The translations under genes were made by a program, and so were the position numbers. This document shows, piece by piece, positions 16,947 through 26,655 of a stretch of DNA of 32,000 nucleotides. The notes beneath the pieces were generated by a model. That model did no database searches and was not told where the DNA came from. It worked only from the letters and a program-made list of their open reading frames with translations. This DNA comes from Nitrosococcus oceani ATCC 19707 (GTDB taxonomy: Bacteria; Pseudomonadota; Gammaproteobacteria; Nitrosococcales; Nitrosococcaceae): positions 2,160,001-2,192,000 of the forward strand of contig NC_007484.1 of NCBI RefSeq assembly GCF_000012805.1, read 5' to 3'. Positions within the stretch are counted from its first letter, which is position 1. Each line of letters begins with the position of its first letter.

Positions 16947-18257
16947 ATGCAAAACAAACTAAATAGGCTGCAAGTGTTTTCCTTCGCATTGGTAATCGTT
17001 TCTCTTATTCCGGCCATAGCGGTTACTGCGTGTGCTAAGTCTGCAGATCAAAAGCAGGCAGCCTCTATCGATCAAAAACAGGCGGCACCCGCTCTTGCAT
17101 TTGACCAAGGACAGCCGTTATACACCATAGATATTGTCTCTGCGGCAGGGGTGGAAATCCTGGATCATATTGTCCAAGCCCGCGCGGATATACATAATGG
17201 CGATATCAAGCAGGCGAAAGAAGAGCTTAGCAACGCCCATAGGCATTTTGAAGCTATTAGGGCCATTGAACCCACAACTCAAATCAAAAAGCATATTTCA
17301 ATCGTAGCAAAATATTTAGGCTATGGAGAGAAAGAGGAGATTCAGCCTTACTTTATTCCTCTTTACGCTAGCCTTGACACCATTGCCGATTTAGTGCCCA
17401 TAAGCTCCGCCAAAGCCCATATTAAAAAGGCGGAAGATAATATGAATAAGAACCAGCGGGAAGCTGCCGCACAGGAATTGAGTGAAGCTAAACAGTCCCT
17501 AATTTATACTGAGATTGACTTGCCATTGGCTGCGACCGAAGGTAATGTGACCATGGCTCAGCAAGCCTTAGCCGAGAACAAACCAGAAATTGCCGATAAG
17601 GCATTAAAGGCAGCTGAACAGAGCGTCATGCTTTTTAGCTTTGGAAGCACTGAGACGGCCACCTCCGCGCGCAACAACCTTTCGATGGCCAACCACAACT
17701 ATACTGCCGGGAAGTACCAGGCTGCGAAGCTGGATCTAGCCGCTGCCATCAAGAATCTGGAAGAAGCGACCGCAAGTAATAACTACCTCACCGCAAATTT
17801 AGCCGATGGGTTACTGCAAGAAGCCAAGGCGATTGAACCAGCTATTGAGAAAAAATCCAATGAAACCACAACGCGTCTACAGGCCCTTTTAGAGCACACC
17901 AATGCCTTATCTGAACATGAACTTGAGTTAATGGGAATCGGTTGGAACGATCTTCCTAAAACTATCGAACAAACCCGCCAAGCGCTTGCCAATGCCAAAT
18001 TATATCTGAATTATGCGGAAATTGATCAACTCACTCTCCACGACCAGGATAAAACCCAAGAAGACTTAAAACAGGCCCAATCCTATCTCCAGAAAGGTGC
18101 TGAAAATGAAACGGCCCATAAAGGCGTCATCGAAAATATAGAAAAGAAAGTACAGGCCCTTCAAAAGACGGTAGGGGAGAAACGTGACGAAAATGCCAGC
18201 CAGCAATATGCGGATACTCTAGCCCAGCTACGGCTTATTATTAACAACAAGCTCTGA
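16947..18257 (+). CDS. YfdX-like repeat lipoprotein (about twice the usual YfdX length)
   Basis: Signal peptide with lipobox-like VTAC. It has recurrent helical motifs resembling E. coli YfdX, such as IVQARADIHNGDIKQAKEEL and LPLAATEGNVTMAQQALAENKPEIADKALKAAEQSV. Similar motifs recur in the second half: ARNNLSMANHNYTAGKYQAAKLDL and TRQALANAKLYL. Confidence 0.55.
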   Translation: MQNKLNRLQVFSFALVIVSLIPAIAVTACAKSADQKQAASIDQKQAAPALAFDQGQPLYTIDIVSAAGVEILDHIVQARADIHNGDIKQAKEELSNAHRHFEAIRAIEPTTQIKKHISIVAKYLGYGEKEEIQPYFIPLYASLDTIADLVPISSAKAHIKKAEDNMNKNQREAAAQELSEAKQSLIYTEIDLPLAATEGNVTMAQQALAENKPEIADKALKAAEQSVMLFSFGSTETATSARNNLSMANHNYTAGKYQAAKLDLAAAIKNLEEATASNNYLTANLADGLLQEAKAIEPAIEKKSNETTTRLQALLEHTNALSEHELELMGIGWNDLPKTIEQTRQALANAKLYLNYAEIDQLTLHDQDKTQEDLKQAQSYLQKGAENETAHKGVIENIEKKVQALQKTVGEKRDENASQQYADTLAQLRLIINNKL

Positions 18258-19031
18258 TCCCATCAAGCCTCTCAAATAGGACAGGGCACTGCGTTGTTGC
18301 AGCCATTGTTTGGAAGCCGCTAGATGGTAGGCTTTTAGACAAACCTAAAAATAAGGCGATAGTACAGTGCACCGAGTACAAGGAAGTACTTTTTTATATC
18401 TTACCCTAGGAGCTAGGTGCGCATTTTACCATTGGCTCACTAATGCACAGTCATCCACCCGCAACATCAAAAAAACGCATGACCAACTTAAGTCACCGCG
18501 CCGGTCTCAAAACGCGGTGACAAAAAAACTGCTTCAGCCGCCGCTACTTCAACTCGCTCTTAACGACTATCCCAAAGATCAATGTCAGCTATATTAAAAA
18601 GCCACTATTAAGTAATCCAATCGGGCTTGATACAAAAAGTGGCTAAGTTTTTGGGCGAGTACAATGATAAATATAAATAACGAGTAAGAAGTGATCCACC
18701 TGTTCGTAGAGCTTATCCAACTACACGGGATGCCTAAAAACGAGCAAGGTGTGCCGAAGCACTCTAGCCAGATTAGTGAACCATTTCCTTTCGCCTACAC
18801 TGATAATAGCTATAACCACGGTCATTACCAGATACAATATATCCCGTCCAGGCGAAAAGGCGGGTGATCCGACCACCCAGAGATAGTTAGTCCGTATGCG
18901 TTGAAATTACCCCCAAGCAGATCAAGGGCAGAACATGGCAGCCCCAAGCATATTTACCGCGCCGCCTGCAAGCAAGCACAACCGGGGCAAGATTCGCTAA
19001 AATGGCTCTATTGAGAATTTAGGCGTTTTTT

Positions 19032-19580
19032 ATGAGCCGCAAAAAAAAACCGGTTTCCACTCACGATCGGGAACTTTTTCGAGAAGCAGTAAAGGATGTA
19101 CTGCCATTAAATCAGGATAAAATCATGCCCTTTCAGCGGTACCTCGCCCCCATACCTCAGCAGCGGAAACGGGATGAAGTTCGCGTGCTTCAGGACATGA
19201 TGTCGGATACCTTTGAAGCAGTTGAATTGGAAACCGGGGAAGAACTTCTCTACCTCCGGCCAGGAGTGCAAAAGCGGCTGCTCCGCCAACTACGCCAAGG
19301 AAAATTCAGTATCGGCGCCGAACTTGACCTCCATGGTATGAATGTCCCCATGGCCCGACAGGCGCTTGCCGGATTCCTAAAAGAGTGCGAGAAAAACGGC
19401 ATTCGCTGTATCCGCATCATTCATGGAAAAGGACGGGGATCCTACCATAAAGAACCCATCCTTAAAGGAAAAGTAAACACCTGGCTCCAACAAAAAGACG
19501 AAATACTGGCCTTTTGCTCAGCCCGCTCCACTGACGGGGGCACGGGAGCGATTTATGTCCTACTTAAGCGGCGTCGATAG
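19032..19580 (+). CDS. smrA: Smr domain-containing protein (SmrA/YdaL-like endonuclease)
   Basis: The C-terminal Smr domain reads ELDLHGMNVPMARQALAGFL..CIRIIHGKGRGS...LKGKV..WL......AFCSA...DGGTGAIYVLL. Confidence 0.85.
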   Translation: MSRKKKPVSTHDRELFREAVKDVLPLNQDKIMPFQRYLAPIPQQRKRDEVRVLQDMMSDTFEAVELETGEELLYLRPGVQKRLLRQLRQGKFSIGAELDLHGMNVPMARQALAGFLKECEKNGIRCIRIIHGKGRGSYHKEPILKGKVNTWLQQKDEILAFCSARSTDGGTGAIYVLLKRRR

Positions 19581-19587
19581 CCCCCCA

Positions 19588-22500
19588 TCAATCTACCCAA
19601 CGGCGGGCATTTCGGAACATTCGCAGCCAAGGACCTTCCTCGCCCCAACTCAAAGGGTGCCAGGAATGTTGTGCGCTCAGGAAAACCCGTTCGGGGTGGG
19701 GCATAAGAATAGTAAAGCGTCCATCCTCATTGGTCAGGCCGGTAATTCCCCCTGGTGAACCATTGGGATTAGCAGGATAATGCTCAGTGGGCTGGCCCCG
19801 GTTATCTACAAAACGCAGTGCTGCGACACGGGCAGCTAAGGCTTTCTCAGCTCCGTTCTCCTGCCCAAAATAGGCTCGACCCTCTCCATGGGCCACCGCG
19901 ATAGGCAGGCGCGAGCCCGCCATCCCCTGCAAAAACAGGGAAGGAGAGGCTAATATCTCCACCGTCGCTAAACGAGCTTCGAACTGCTCGGATTGATTAC
20001 GCAAAAACTTCGGCCATAGATCCGCTCCGGGAATCAGTTCCCGCAAGTGAGAAAACATTTGGCAACCATTACACACGCCAAGAGCAAAGCTATCTCGACG
20101 AGCAAAAAAACCAGTAAATCCATCCCGGGCGCGAGAGTTCATCAACACCGTGCTTGCCCAACCCCGTCCCGCCCCAAGCACATCCCCGTAGGAAAATCCA
20201 CCGCAGGCAATTAAACCCTTGAATTCAGATAAATTTACCCGCCCTGCTAAAATATCGCTCATATGAACATCAACAGCCGCAAAACCTGCCCGATCAAAAG
20301 CTGCGGCCATTTCTATCTGGCCATTGACCCCTTGCTCTCTTAAAATCGCCAGAGGGGGACGGACTCCCGTAGCAATATAGGGGGCAGCAATATTTTCCGC
20401 GGGATCAAAAGCTAGAGAAGGATTGATGCCAGGATCAGTTTTATCCAGCAAAGTATCGAATTCCTGCTGAGCACACTCTGGATTGTCACGCAAGGATTGC
20501 AACCGGTAACTGGTCTCTGCCCATAGCCGTTGATAATAAGTACGACTCTCCGCCAGGAGTGTTTCCCCCTGAAAAGAAAAATGAATTTGGTCCTGGGAGT
20601 CTAAACCCCCAAGCACATGGCAATAACGCCCCAATCCAGCCTCATGGAAGTAATTTAAAACGGTTGTTTGATCTTGCTGCCGTACTTGAATCACTGCCCC
20701 CAACTCTTCGTTAAACAAAGCGGCCAGGGAGTTTGCGCCTAAGACATCTAAATGCACCTGAATTCCACAGTGGCCCGCAAAAGCCATTTCACAGAGAGTG
20801 ACAAACAGTCCGCCATCGGAGCGATCATGATAGGCTAACAATAAATCGTCGGCATTCAACGCCTGAATGGCTGTAAAAAAGCACCCCAGGGCGTTGGGAT
20901 CATCCAAATCGGGAGAGCGATGCCCTACCTGCTGATAAACTTGAGCTAACGCCGAGCCCCCGAGGCGATTTTTGCCTTTACCCAGGTCAATCAAAATTAA
21001 AGCGGTCTCGCCCACATCGGTGCGCAGCTGAGGGGTCAAGGACTGACGAACATCTAGCACTGGGGCAAAAGCGGTAATAATTAAGGAAAGAGGCGCCGCC
21101 ATCGCCCGCTCCTCATCCCCTTCCCGCCAAACGGTTTTCATAGACAGAGAGTCCTTCCCTACCGGGATGGCAATTCCTAGCCGAGGACACAGCTCCATCG
21201 CCACCGCCTTCACCGTATCGAACAAAGCAGCATCTTCACCAGGGTGACCACAAGCCGCCATCCAGTTGGCTGATAACTTCACCTCCCCCAGAGCTTGGAT
21301 ACGGGCACTGGCAATATTGGTAATCGCCTCCCCCAGGGCCATGCGCCCCGAAGCTGCCGGATGGATAAGGGCTAAAGGTGGACGCTCTCCCATAGCTATG
21401 GCCTCACCCACATGATCGCGATAACTAGAGAGCGTCACGGCGCAATCAGCTACCGGGACTTGCCAGGGACCCACCATCTGATCGCGAGCGACCTGTCCCG
21501 TAATAGAACGATCTCCAATGGTGATCAAAAAACTCTTGCTGGCTACCGCCGGCAAACAAAGTACTTGATTCGCAGCCTGAGGTAGCGTAATTCCACTATA
21601 TTCTAAATCTGGTTTATGAAAAGGCCGATGTTGGACCTCCTTGAGCAACTTCGGGGGATTACCAAAGAGGAGTTCCATAGAGATATCAACGGGTAAGGTA
21701 TCAAAATAGCCATCCCCAACAATTAATTGGGTTTTTTCAGTGGTTTCACCGACCACGGCCCAAGGACAGCGTTCCCGTTCACAAAGGGCCTGGAAGAGGG
21801 ACAATTGCTGGGGATTAATCGCTAAAACATAGCGCTCCTGAGCCTCATTACACCAAATTTCCATAGGGGAAAGTCCGGGCTCGGCGCTGGGGATGACCCG
21901 TAGCTCAAACCGGCCACCGCGCCCGCTATCATGGACCAGCTCCGGCAGGGCATTAGAAAGCCCCCCCGCCCCCACATCGTGAATGGAAAGAATAGGACTA
22001 CCCTCTCCCAAAGCAACACAACGGTCGATAACCTCTTGGCAACGCCGCTGCATCTCCGGATTACCTCGCTGTACCGAGGCAAAATCAAGCGTTTCTTCGC
22101 TCTCCCCAGAAGTCAAACTAGAGGCGGCGCCTCCCCCTAAACCAATAAGCATAGCGGGACCACCAATCACCACGAGCGGTGTTCCTGGCGCTAAAGTGGC
22201 CTTCTGGACCTGTCCGGGACGAATATTGCCTAAACCGCCTGCAACCATAATAGGCTTGTGGTAACCGCGCAGCTCCCAACCATCAGGCCCTGGGACTCGG
22301 GATTCATAGGTACGAAAATAACCACACAGGTTAGGGCGCCCAAACTCATTATTGAAAGCAGCGGCCCCGATCGGTCCCTCCATCATAATCTCCAAGGCCG
22401 AGGCCATCCGGGCGGGTCTGCCATAATCATTCTCCCAAGACTGCTCAAACCCTGGAATCCGGAGGTTGGAAACAGTAAAACCCACCAAGCCGGCTTTGGG

Positions 22501-23490
22501 TTTTCCGCCCCGCCCTGTGGCCCCTTCATCCCGGATCTCGCCACCCGCCCCCGTCGCTGCTCCCGGGAATGGAGAGATCCCGGTGGGATGATTATGGGTC
22601 TCTACCTTCATCAGTAGATGATGCGCTTCTTCGCCATAGCCATAATTTGGATCACCGCTGACGCCTGTCATGAAATGAGCTGTCCGAGGACCTGCAGCAA
22701 CCGCTGCGTTATCCCGATAAGCGGATAGAATACCTGTCGGATGACTATTGTAAGTATGGCGGATCATGGCAAACAAACTGTGATCTTGAACTCTGCCATC
22801 AATGATCCAGTTGGCATTGAAGATTTTATGACGGCAATGTTCGGAGTTAGCCTGGGCAAACATCATTAATTCCACATCGGTAGGATTGCGGCCCAGGGCT
22901 TGAAAGTTTTCTACCAAATAATCGATTTCATCCGCCGCCAAAGCCAGCCCTAACTGGCGATTAGCTAGCTCCAGCGCGACCCATCCCCCACCTAAAATAT
23001 CCACAGTAGTTAAAGGAACAGGTTCATGACGGCAAAACAAAGCTTCCGTCTCATCCGGATGGGCAAAGACTTTCTCTGTCATAGGGTCATGCACCCAGGA
23101 TACAAGGCGCTCACGCTCGGCAACCAGAAGTGGGTCCCCATTACACTTGTAAACCCGGTAACCCACCCCTCGCTCTACTCGCTTAACTGCCGTTAGTCCA
23201 CAGCGATGAGTGATATCGGTCGCCTTGCTTGACCATGGGGAAATAGTGCCAGGGCGGGGCGTTACTAATAAAAAATCGCCCTTGGAGGTTTCTTCGGAGA
23301 TCATATATTCAGCCGCCAGTAGACACGCTAAGGAGCGAGTCTCTTCTGGGGCAAGGGGTTGGCTTAGATCCACGAAATAAAAATTATCCGCTTCAACGGA
23401 GACTCCCTCAACGCCTGCCTCACGCCATTTGGCAAGCAATCTTTCAAGCCGAAAAGAGGATAAAGCCGACTGGCCACGTAACTGCAACAT
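19588..23490 (-). CDS. purL: Phosphoribosylformylglycinamidine synthase, single-chain large form
   Basis: 1300 aa with the typical [14 protein letters not shown] start. The FGAM synthetase core has ETHNHPT and [10 protein letters not shown]. The C-terminal glutaminase domain has GVCNGCQM and HPE. Confidence 0.97.
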   Translation of the reverse strand: MLQLRGQSALSSFRLERLLAKWREAGVEGVSVEADNFYFVDLSQPLAPEETRSLACLLAAEYMISEETSKGDFLLVTPRPGTISPWSSKATDITHRCGLTAVKRVERGVGYRVYKCNGDPLLVAERERLVSWVHDPMTEKVFAHPDETEALFCRHEPVPLTTVDILGGGWVALELANRQLGLALAADEIDYLVENFQALGRNPTDVELMMFAQANSEHCRHKIFNANWIIDGRVQDHSLFAMIRHTYNSHPTGILSAYRDNAAVAAGPRTAHFMTGVSGDPNYGYGEEAHHLLMKVETHNHPTGISPFPGAATGAGGEIRDEGATGRGGKPKAGLVGFTVSNLRIPGFEQSWENDYGRPARMASALEIMMEGPIGAAAFNNEFGRPNLCGYFRTYESRVPGPDGWELRGYHKPIMVAGGLGNIRPGQVQKATLAPGTPLVVIGGPAMLIGLGGGAASSLTSGESEETLDFASVQRGNPEMQRRCQEVIDRCVALGEGSPILSIHDVGAGGLSNALPELVHDSGRGGRFELRVIPSAEPGLSPMEIWCNEAQERYVLAINPQQLSLFQALCERERCPWAVVGETTEKTQLIVGDGYFDTLPVDISMELLFGNPPKLLKEVQHRPFHKPDLEYSGITLPQAANQVLCLPAVASKSFLITIGDRSITGQVARDQMVGPWQVPVADCAVTLSSYRDHVGEAIAMGERPPLALIHPAASGRMALGEAITNIASARIQALGEVKLSANWMAACGHPGEDAALFDTVKAVAMELCPRLGIAIPVGKDSLSMKTVWREGDEERAMAAPLSLIITAFAPVLDVRQSLTPQLRTDVGETALILIDLGKGKNRLGGSALAQVYQQVGHRSPDLDDPNALGCFFTAIQALNADDLLLAYHDRSDGGLFVTLCEMAFAGHCGIQVHLDVLGANSLAALFNEELGAVIQVRQQDQTTVLNYFHEAGLGRYCHVLGGLDSQDQIHFSFQGETLLAESRTYYQRLWAETSYRLQSLRDNPECAQQEFDTLLDKTDPGINPSLAFDPAENIAAPYIATGVRPPLAILREQGVNGQIEMAAAFDRAGFAAVDVHMSDILAGRVNLSEFKGLIACGGFSYGDVLGAGRGWASTVLMNSRARDGFTGFFARRDSFALGVCNGCQMFSHLRELIPGADLWPKFLRNQSEQFEARLATVEILASPSLFLQGMAGSRLPIAVAHGEGRAYFGQENGAEKALAARVAALRFVDNRGQPTEHYPANPNGSPGGITGLTNEDGRFTILMPHPERVFLSAQHSWHPLSWGEEGPWLRMFRNARRWVD

Positions 23491-23537
23491 CTTTACTATA
23501 AGGTTTCCTTAATCAATGGACATAATACTTCACTCAC

Positions 23538-24002
23538 ATGAAAGCCACCAACCACCACTTACCATCTACACCAGGATTGTTTCGTCGCCTAGGAGCAATT
23601 TTCTACGACAGTCTGCTGCTTATAGCGACCTGGTTTTTGTTCACTATTTTTGCCTTGCCTCTCACTGCGGGAGAAGCTATTCCAGCAGGTAATATACTCT
23701 ATCGCCTCTACCTGCTATTGATTGCCCTGGCCTTTTTTGGCGGCTTTTGGACTCATGGAGGGCAAACTCTGGGAATGCGCGCCTGGCGTATCAAGGTGCA
23801 ACAACCCAATGGTCAACTTATTACCTGGCGCCAAGTCCTGCTTCGCTTCGGATCTGCTTTCCTTTCTTGGCTTCCCCTGGGGGCGGGGTTTTGGTGGGTA
23901 TTCATCGATAAAGAAGGCCAAGCCTGGCATGACCGCCTTTCAATCACTACACTTGTCCTGGTGCCCAAAAAAACGAAAGTTAATAAATCCGGCGCAGCAT
24001 AA
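23538..24002 (+). CDS. RDD family membrane protein
   Basis: 154 aa with RRLGAIFYDSLLLIA, three hydrophobic segments, and GQTLGMRAW followed later by WHDRLS, as in RDD-domain proteins. It overlaps the convergent lptG 3' end by 23 nt. Confidence 0.75.
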   Translation: MKATNHHLPSTPGLFRRLGAIFYDSLLLIATWFLFTIFALPLTAGEAIPAGNILYRLYLLLIALAFFGGFWTHGGQTLGMRAWRIKVQQPNGQLITWRQVLLRFGSAFLSWLPLGAGFWWVFIDKEGQAWHDRLSITTLVLVPKKTKVNKSGAA

Positions 24003-25044
24003 CCACCCCAAGCGCCAGACATAGAAGCGACGGGAAAGCCGCACCTAGCCAGGGGGGGAGGTCAAAGACCAGCCCTAATTGATTAAAGAGGCGGTTGAAA
24101 AGGAAAAAACCAATCCCCACCAAGGCGCCGACTAAAATCCGCTGTCCCACGCTCACCGATCGCAACGGACCAAAAATAAAAGGAATCGCTAAAAACATCA
24201 TAATCAAGGTACTAAAGGGGGCCACTATTTTGCTCCAAAAGGCCTGCCGGTACTGCTCAGCAGCCTGCTTACTCTTCTGCAAATAGCCAATATAACGGTA
24301 TAAGCCCCAAGCAGAAAGCTGCTGGGGATCCACCATTACCACATCCAGCATTTCAGGATTCAGGCCCGATTCCCAAAGAGCTTCATCCAAGCGACGAGTA
24401 GTAATACCCTTGGTACTAATAAGACGTTGAGTAACATCGTATAAATGCCAGCCATCCTTATGGTAGATTGCTCGGGCGGCTTGGGTGACGATGCGAAGAC
24501 GCCGCTGATCGTCGAACTCGAATATTTCAATATATTCGTATTGTCCATTAGGCAGAACTCGCCCAACATGATTGAAATTGTTACCATTTCGACTCCAAAA
24601 TCCTTGTCCTCCATCTTCGCTCAGATGCCCTGTTTTTGCGAGGGAACGGAGCTTATTGGCGGCCTGCTGCGCGGGCGGCGCCACCACTTCTCCCATAAGA
24701 ACCGTCACAATCACAAAAATCATCCCCGTCGCCAGTGCGGAAAGGGTAATACGCCCTACTGAGAAACCAGCGGCACGCATGGCTACCAGCTCGCTTTGGC
24801 CTGCCAGGTAGCCCAGCCCCAAAACACTTCCTAGCAAGGCAGCCACAGGTAATAGGTCATAGATATGCTGAGGGATGGAATAGGTAGTATAACGAAGCGC
24901 CCCCATAACCCCGTAATCCCCTTCTCCCACATCTTCAAGCTCGGTAACAAACTGCAAGAAGGTATAAAGCGCAATTAATATAAATAAAACCAACAGAGTA
25001 TAACTAATCACTGCCTTAGCTATATAGCGGTCTAGAATTTTCAT
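23980..25044 (-). CDS. lptG: LPS export ABC transporter permease LptG
   Basis: It starts at MKILDRYIAKAVISYTLL. Its ATG (25044-25042) overlaps the lptF stop TAA (25046-25044) by one base. The YjgP/YjgQ permease topology is present. The longer ORF to 25185 lies inside lptF and is rejected. Confidence 0.9.
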   Translation of the reverse strand: MKILDRYIAKAVISYTLLVLFILIALYTFLQFVTELEDVGEGDYGVMGALRYTTYSIPQHIYDLLPVAALLGSVLGLGYLAGQSELVAMRAAGFSVGRITLSALATGMIFVIVTVLMGEVVAPPAQQAANKLRSLAKTGHLSEDGGQGFWSRNGNNFNHVGRVLPNGQYEYIEIFEFDDQRRLRIVTQAARAIYHKDGWHLYDVTQRLISTKGITTRRLDEALWESGLNPEMLDVVMVDPQQLSAWGLYRYIGYLQKSKQAAEQYRQAFWSKIVAPFSTLIMMFLAIPFIFGPLRSVSVGQRILVGALVGIGFFLFNRLFNQLGLVFDLPPWLGAAFPSLLCLALGVVMLRRIY

Positions 25045-26189
25045 TAGGCCGCGGGCCGTTGAGCGGAGATTTTTTGCGGCCTCACCCAGGCAAAAAGCCG
25101 GCGCGCTTGGTGTAAAGCCATCCACAAAGGCCGGGGCCAAAGTGATATCAACACCACTAATAGTACTAGACCATGAATCCACCATAACCCGAGGGAGGCA
25201 GGAATTACTTCATGCTCTACCCAGTTACGGGCTATTCCCAGCATGTTGCTATAAATCACATAAACCAGGACTGCGGGCACCAGCCCAGCATAGCGTCCTT
25301 GACGGGGTCCGGAACGAGCGAGAGGCACCGCCAGCATCACTAATAATAAAGTGATAATAGGCATCGAGATTCGCCACTGTACTTCTGCTATATCCTTGGG
25401 GGCGCCCATTTCCCAAAGGGTTAAAGTGGGAAGAGTTTGATGGCGAATTCGGAACTCTTGCGCGCCCCCTTTCTTAACCAGGATGCCATGGCGCTCAAAA
25501 CTAAAAATGCGAACTCCAACCTCCTCGCCCATCAGCTCATAACGATAGCCGTCCTCTAATATCAAATACTTATCGCCGGTTGCTTCATCCGTTTGAAGGT
25601 GCCCTCTCGCCGCCCGTAAAAGAGTTTTCTGAGTGGGCTCCCACACCTGAATAAAAACATTTTTCATTCCTAGCCCATCTTCCGTTAGGCTTTCAGCATA
25701 AAATACCCGTTGCCCATGCTGGGCTTCCTTGAAGTTTCCCGCCACGAGCCCGCTCGTTTCAGCAGCAAGCAAAGCCTGCTGTTTAAGGCGATATCCCTCC
25801 GCCGATGCTGCTGGCCCCAAATACAAAGAAATACCACCTACTCCAATGGCTAGCGCTAGCCCAAAGGTCAACACCACCCGCAACAAATGACCCCGGCTTA
25901 CGCCACAGGCAAACAAGGCAATTACCTCATTGTCAGCTCCCATCCGGCCTAGAGCCAGAAGCACCGCTAGAAAAGAAGCTAACGGCAAAAGCAATACCAA
26001 AGCGCCTATCGCCTCATATCCGGAAAGCGCTAAAATGGCTTCTCCTGGAACCTTCCCTTCGGTAGCCTGACTTAGAAAACGAATGAAGCGAATTCCACCA
26101 AAAATAAGCAACAAAACCAAAGTAATTGCTGTCGCATTGAGACTCAATTCCTTGAGAATATAACGATCTACAATCAAAAGCTTAAACAT
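25044..26189 (-). CDS. lptF: LPS export ABC transporter permease LptF
   Basis: 381 aa starting MFKLLIVDRYILKEL. It is a YjgP/YjgQ-family permease lying directly upstream of, and translationally coupled to, lptG. Confidence 0.9.
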   Translation of the reverse strand: MFKLLIVDRYILKELSLNATAITLVLLLIFGGIRFIRFLSQATEGKVPGEAILALSGYEAIGALVLLLPLASFLAVLLALGRMGADNEVIALFACGVSRGHLLRVVLTFGLALAIGVGGISLYLGPAASAEGYRLKQQALLAAETSGLVAGNFKEAQHGQRVFYAESLTEDGLGMKNVFIQVWEPTQKTLLRAARGHLQTDEATGDKYLILEDGYRYELMGEEVGVRIFSFERHGILVKKGGAQEFRIRHQTLPTLTLWEMGAPKDIAEVQWRISMPIITLLLVMLAVPLARSGPRQGRYAGLVPAVLVYVIYSNMLGIARNWVEHEVIPASLGLWWIHGLVLLVVLISLWPRPLWMALHQARRLFAWVRPQKISAQRPAA

Positions 26190-26457
26190 CTCTTACATCA
26201 CAGTCTCTATCTTCGCAAAAGCGCGCTATCAAGAACCTGGATACTGCATAAGAACATAAACCCATTAAACTTTTGCAAGTAGATTCTAAAGAAATTAAAA
26301 ATTTTTCCGATATGGCTGTATGAAAGCCTATCCTGCTAAATTCCAAACATAAATAAAGAATAATGCAGGCGGCTTAGTTTCTCTGGTAGAAAGGATATTT
26401 TATATTGAATCGATAAGCTAATCTTCTCTCTTGGAATTATTTCGATTCTAAGTATTT

Positions 26458-26497
26458 AATGCCCATAAATTAATACCTTATCCAAATTTATGGCATT
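26458..26497. repeat. Imperfect palindrome in the AT-rich lptF / regulator intergenic region
   Basis: AATGCCCATAAATT (26458-26471) pairs with AAATTTATGGCATT (26484-26497), with one unpaired C in the left arm; the spacer is 12 nt. Confidence 0.4.
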
Positions 26498-26655
26498 TAC
26501 TGAAGCGCCTAACGCTAAAAATATTCTGTGCTTCTAAAAGTCTTAGCTTAAATGTTGAACTAAAAAATTTTATTTATTAGCAATAGTTACCCTATATCAA
26601 TATATCCCACTTATAGAGCGATCCTAATAAATATTAAGGATAAATAACACCGGCA

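Noticed and set aside
18367-18597. 76-codon ORF in the long spacer
   Set aside because: It has a non-ATG start, no RBS and low-complexity basic composition, and it spans a strong hairpin. It is probably non-coding.
19041-19049. A9 run at codons 4-6 of smr (KKK), considered as a slippage site
   Set aside because: Lys-rich N-termini encoded by AAA runs are common, and I see no alternative frame that would give a meaningful product. It is noted only for completeness.
21822-22617. ORFs 21822-22088(-), 21931-22140(+), 21983-22264(+) and 22258-22617(+) within purL
   Set aside because: These are shadow or alternate frames inside a 1300-aa conserved CDS.
23715-25354. Alternate-frame and antisense ORFs across the RDD, lptG and lptF genes, and the N-terminal 47-codon extension of the lptG ORF (25045-25185)
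   Set aside because: The extension lies inside lptF. The canonical MKILDRYI start overlaps the lptF stop (ATG/TAA sharing one base), which fits translational coupling. The others are shadow frames.
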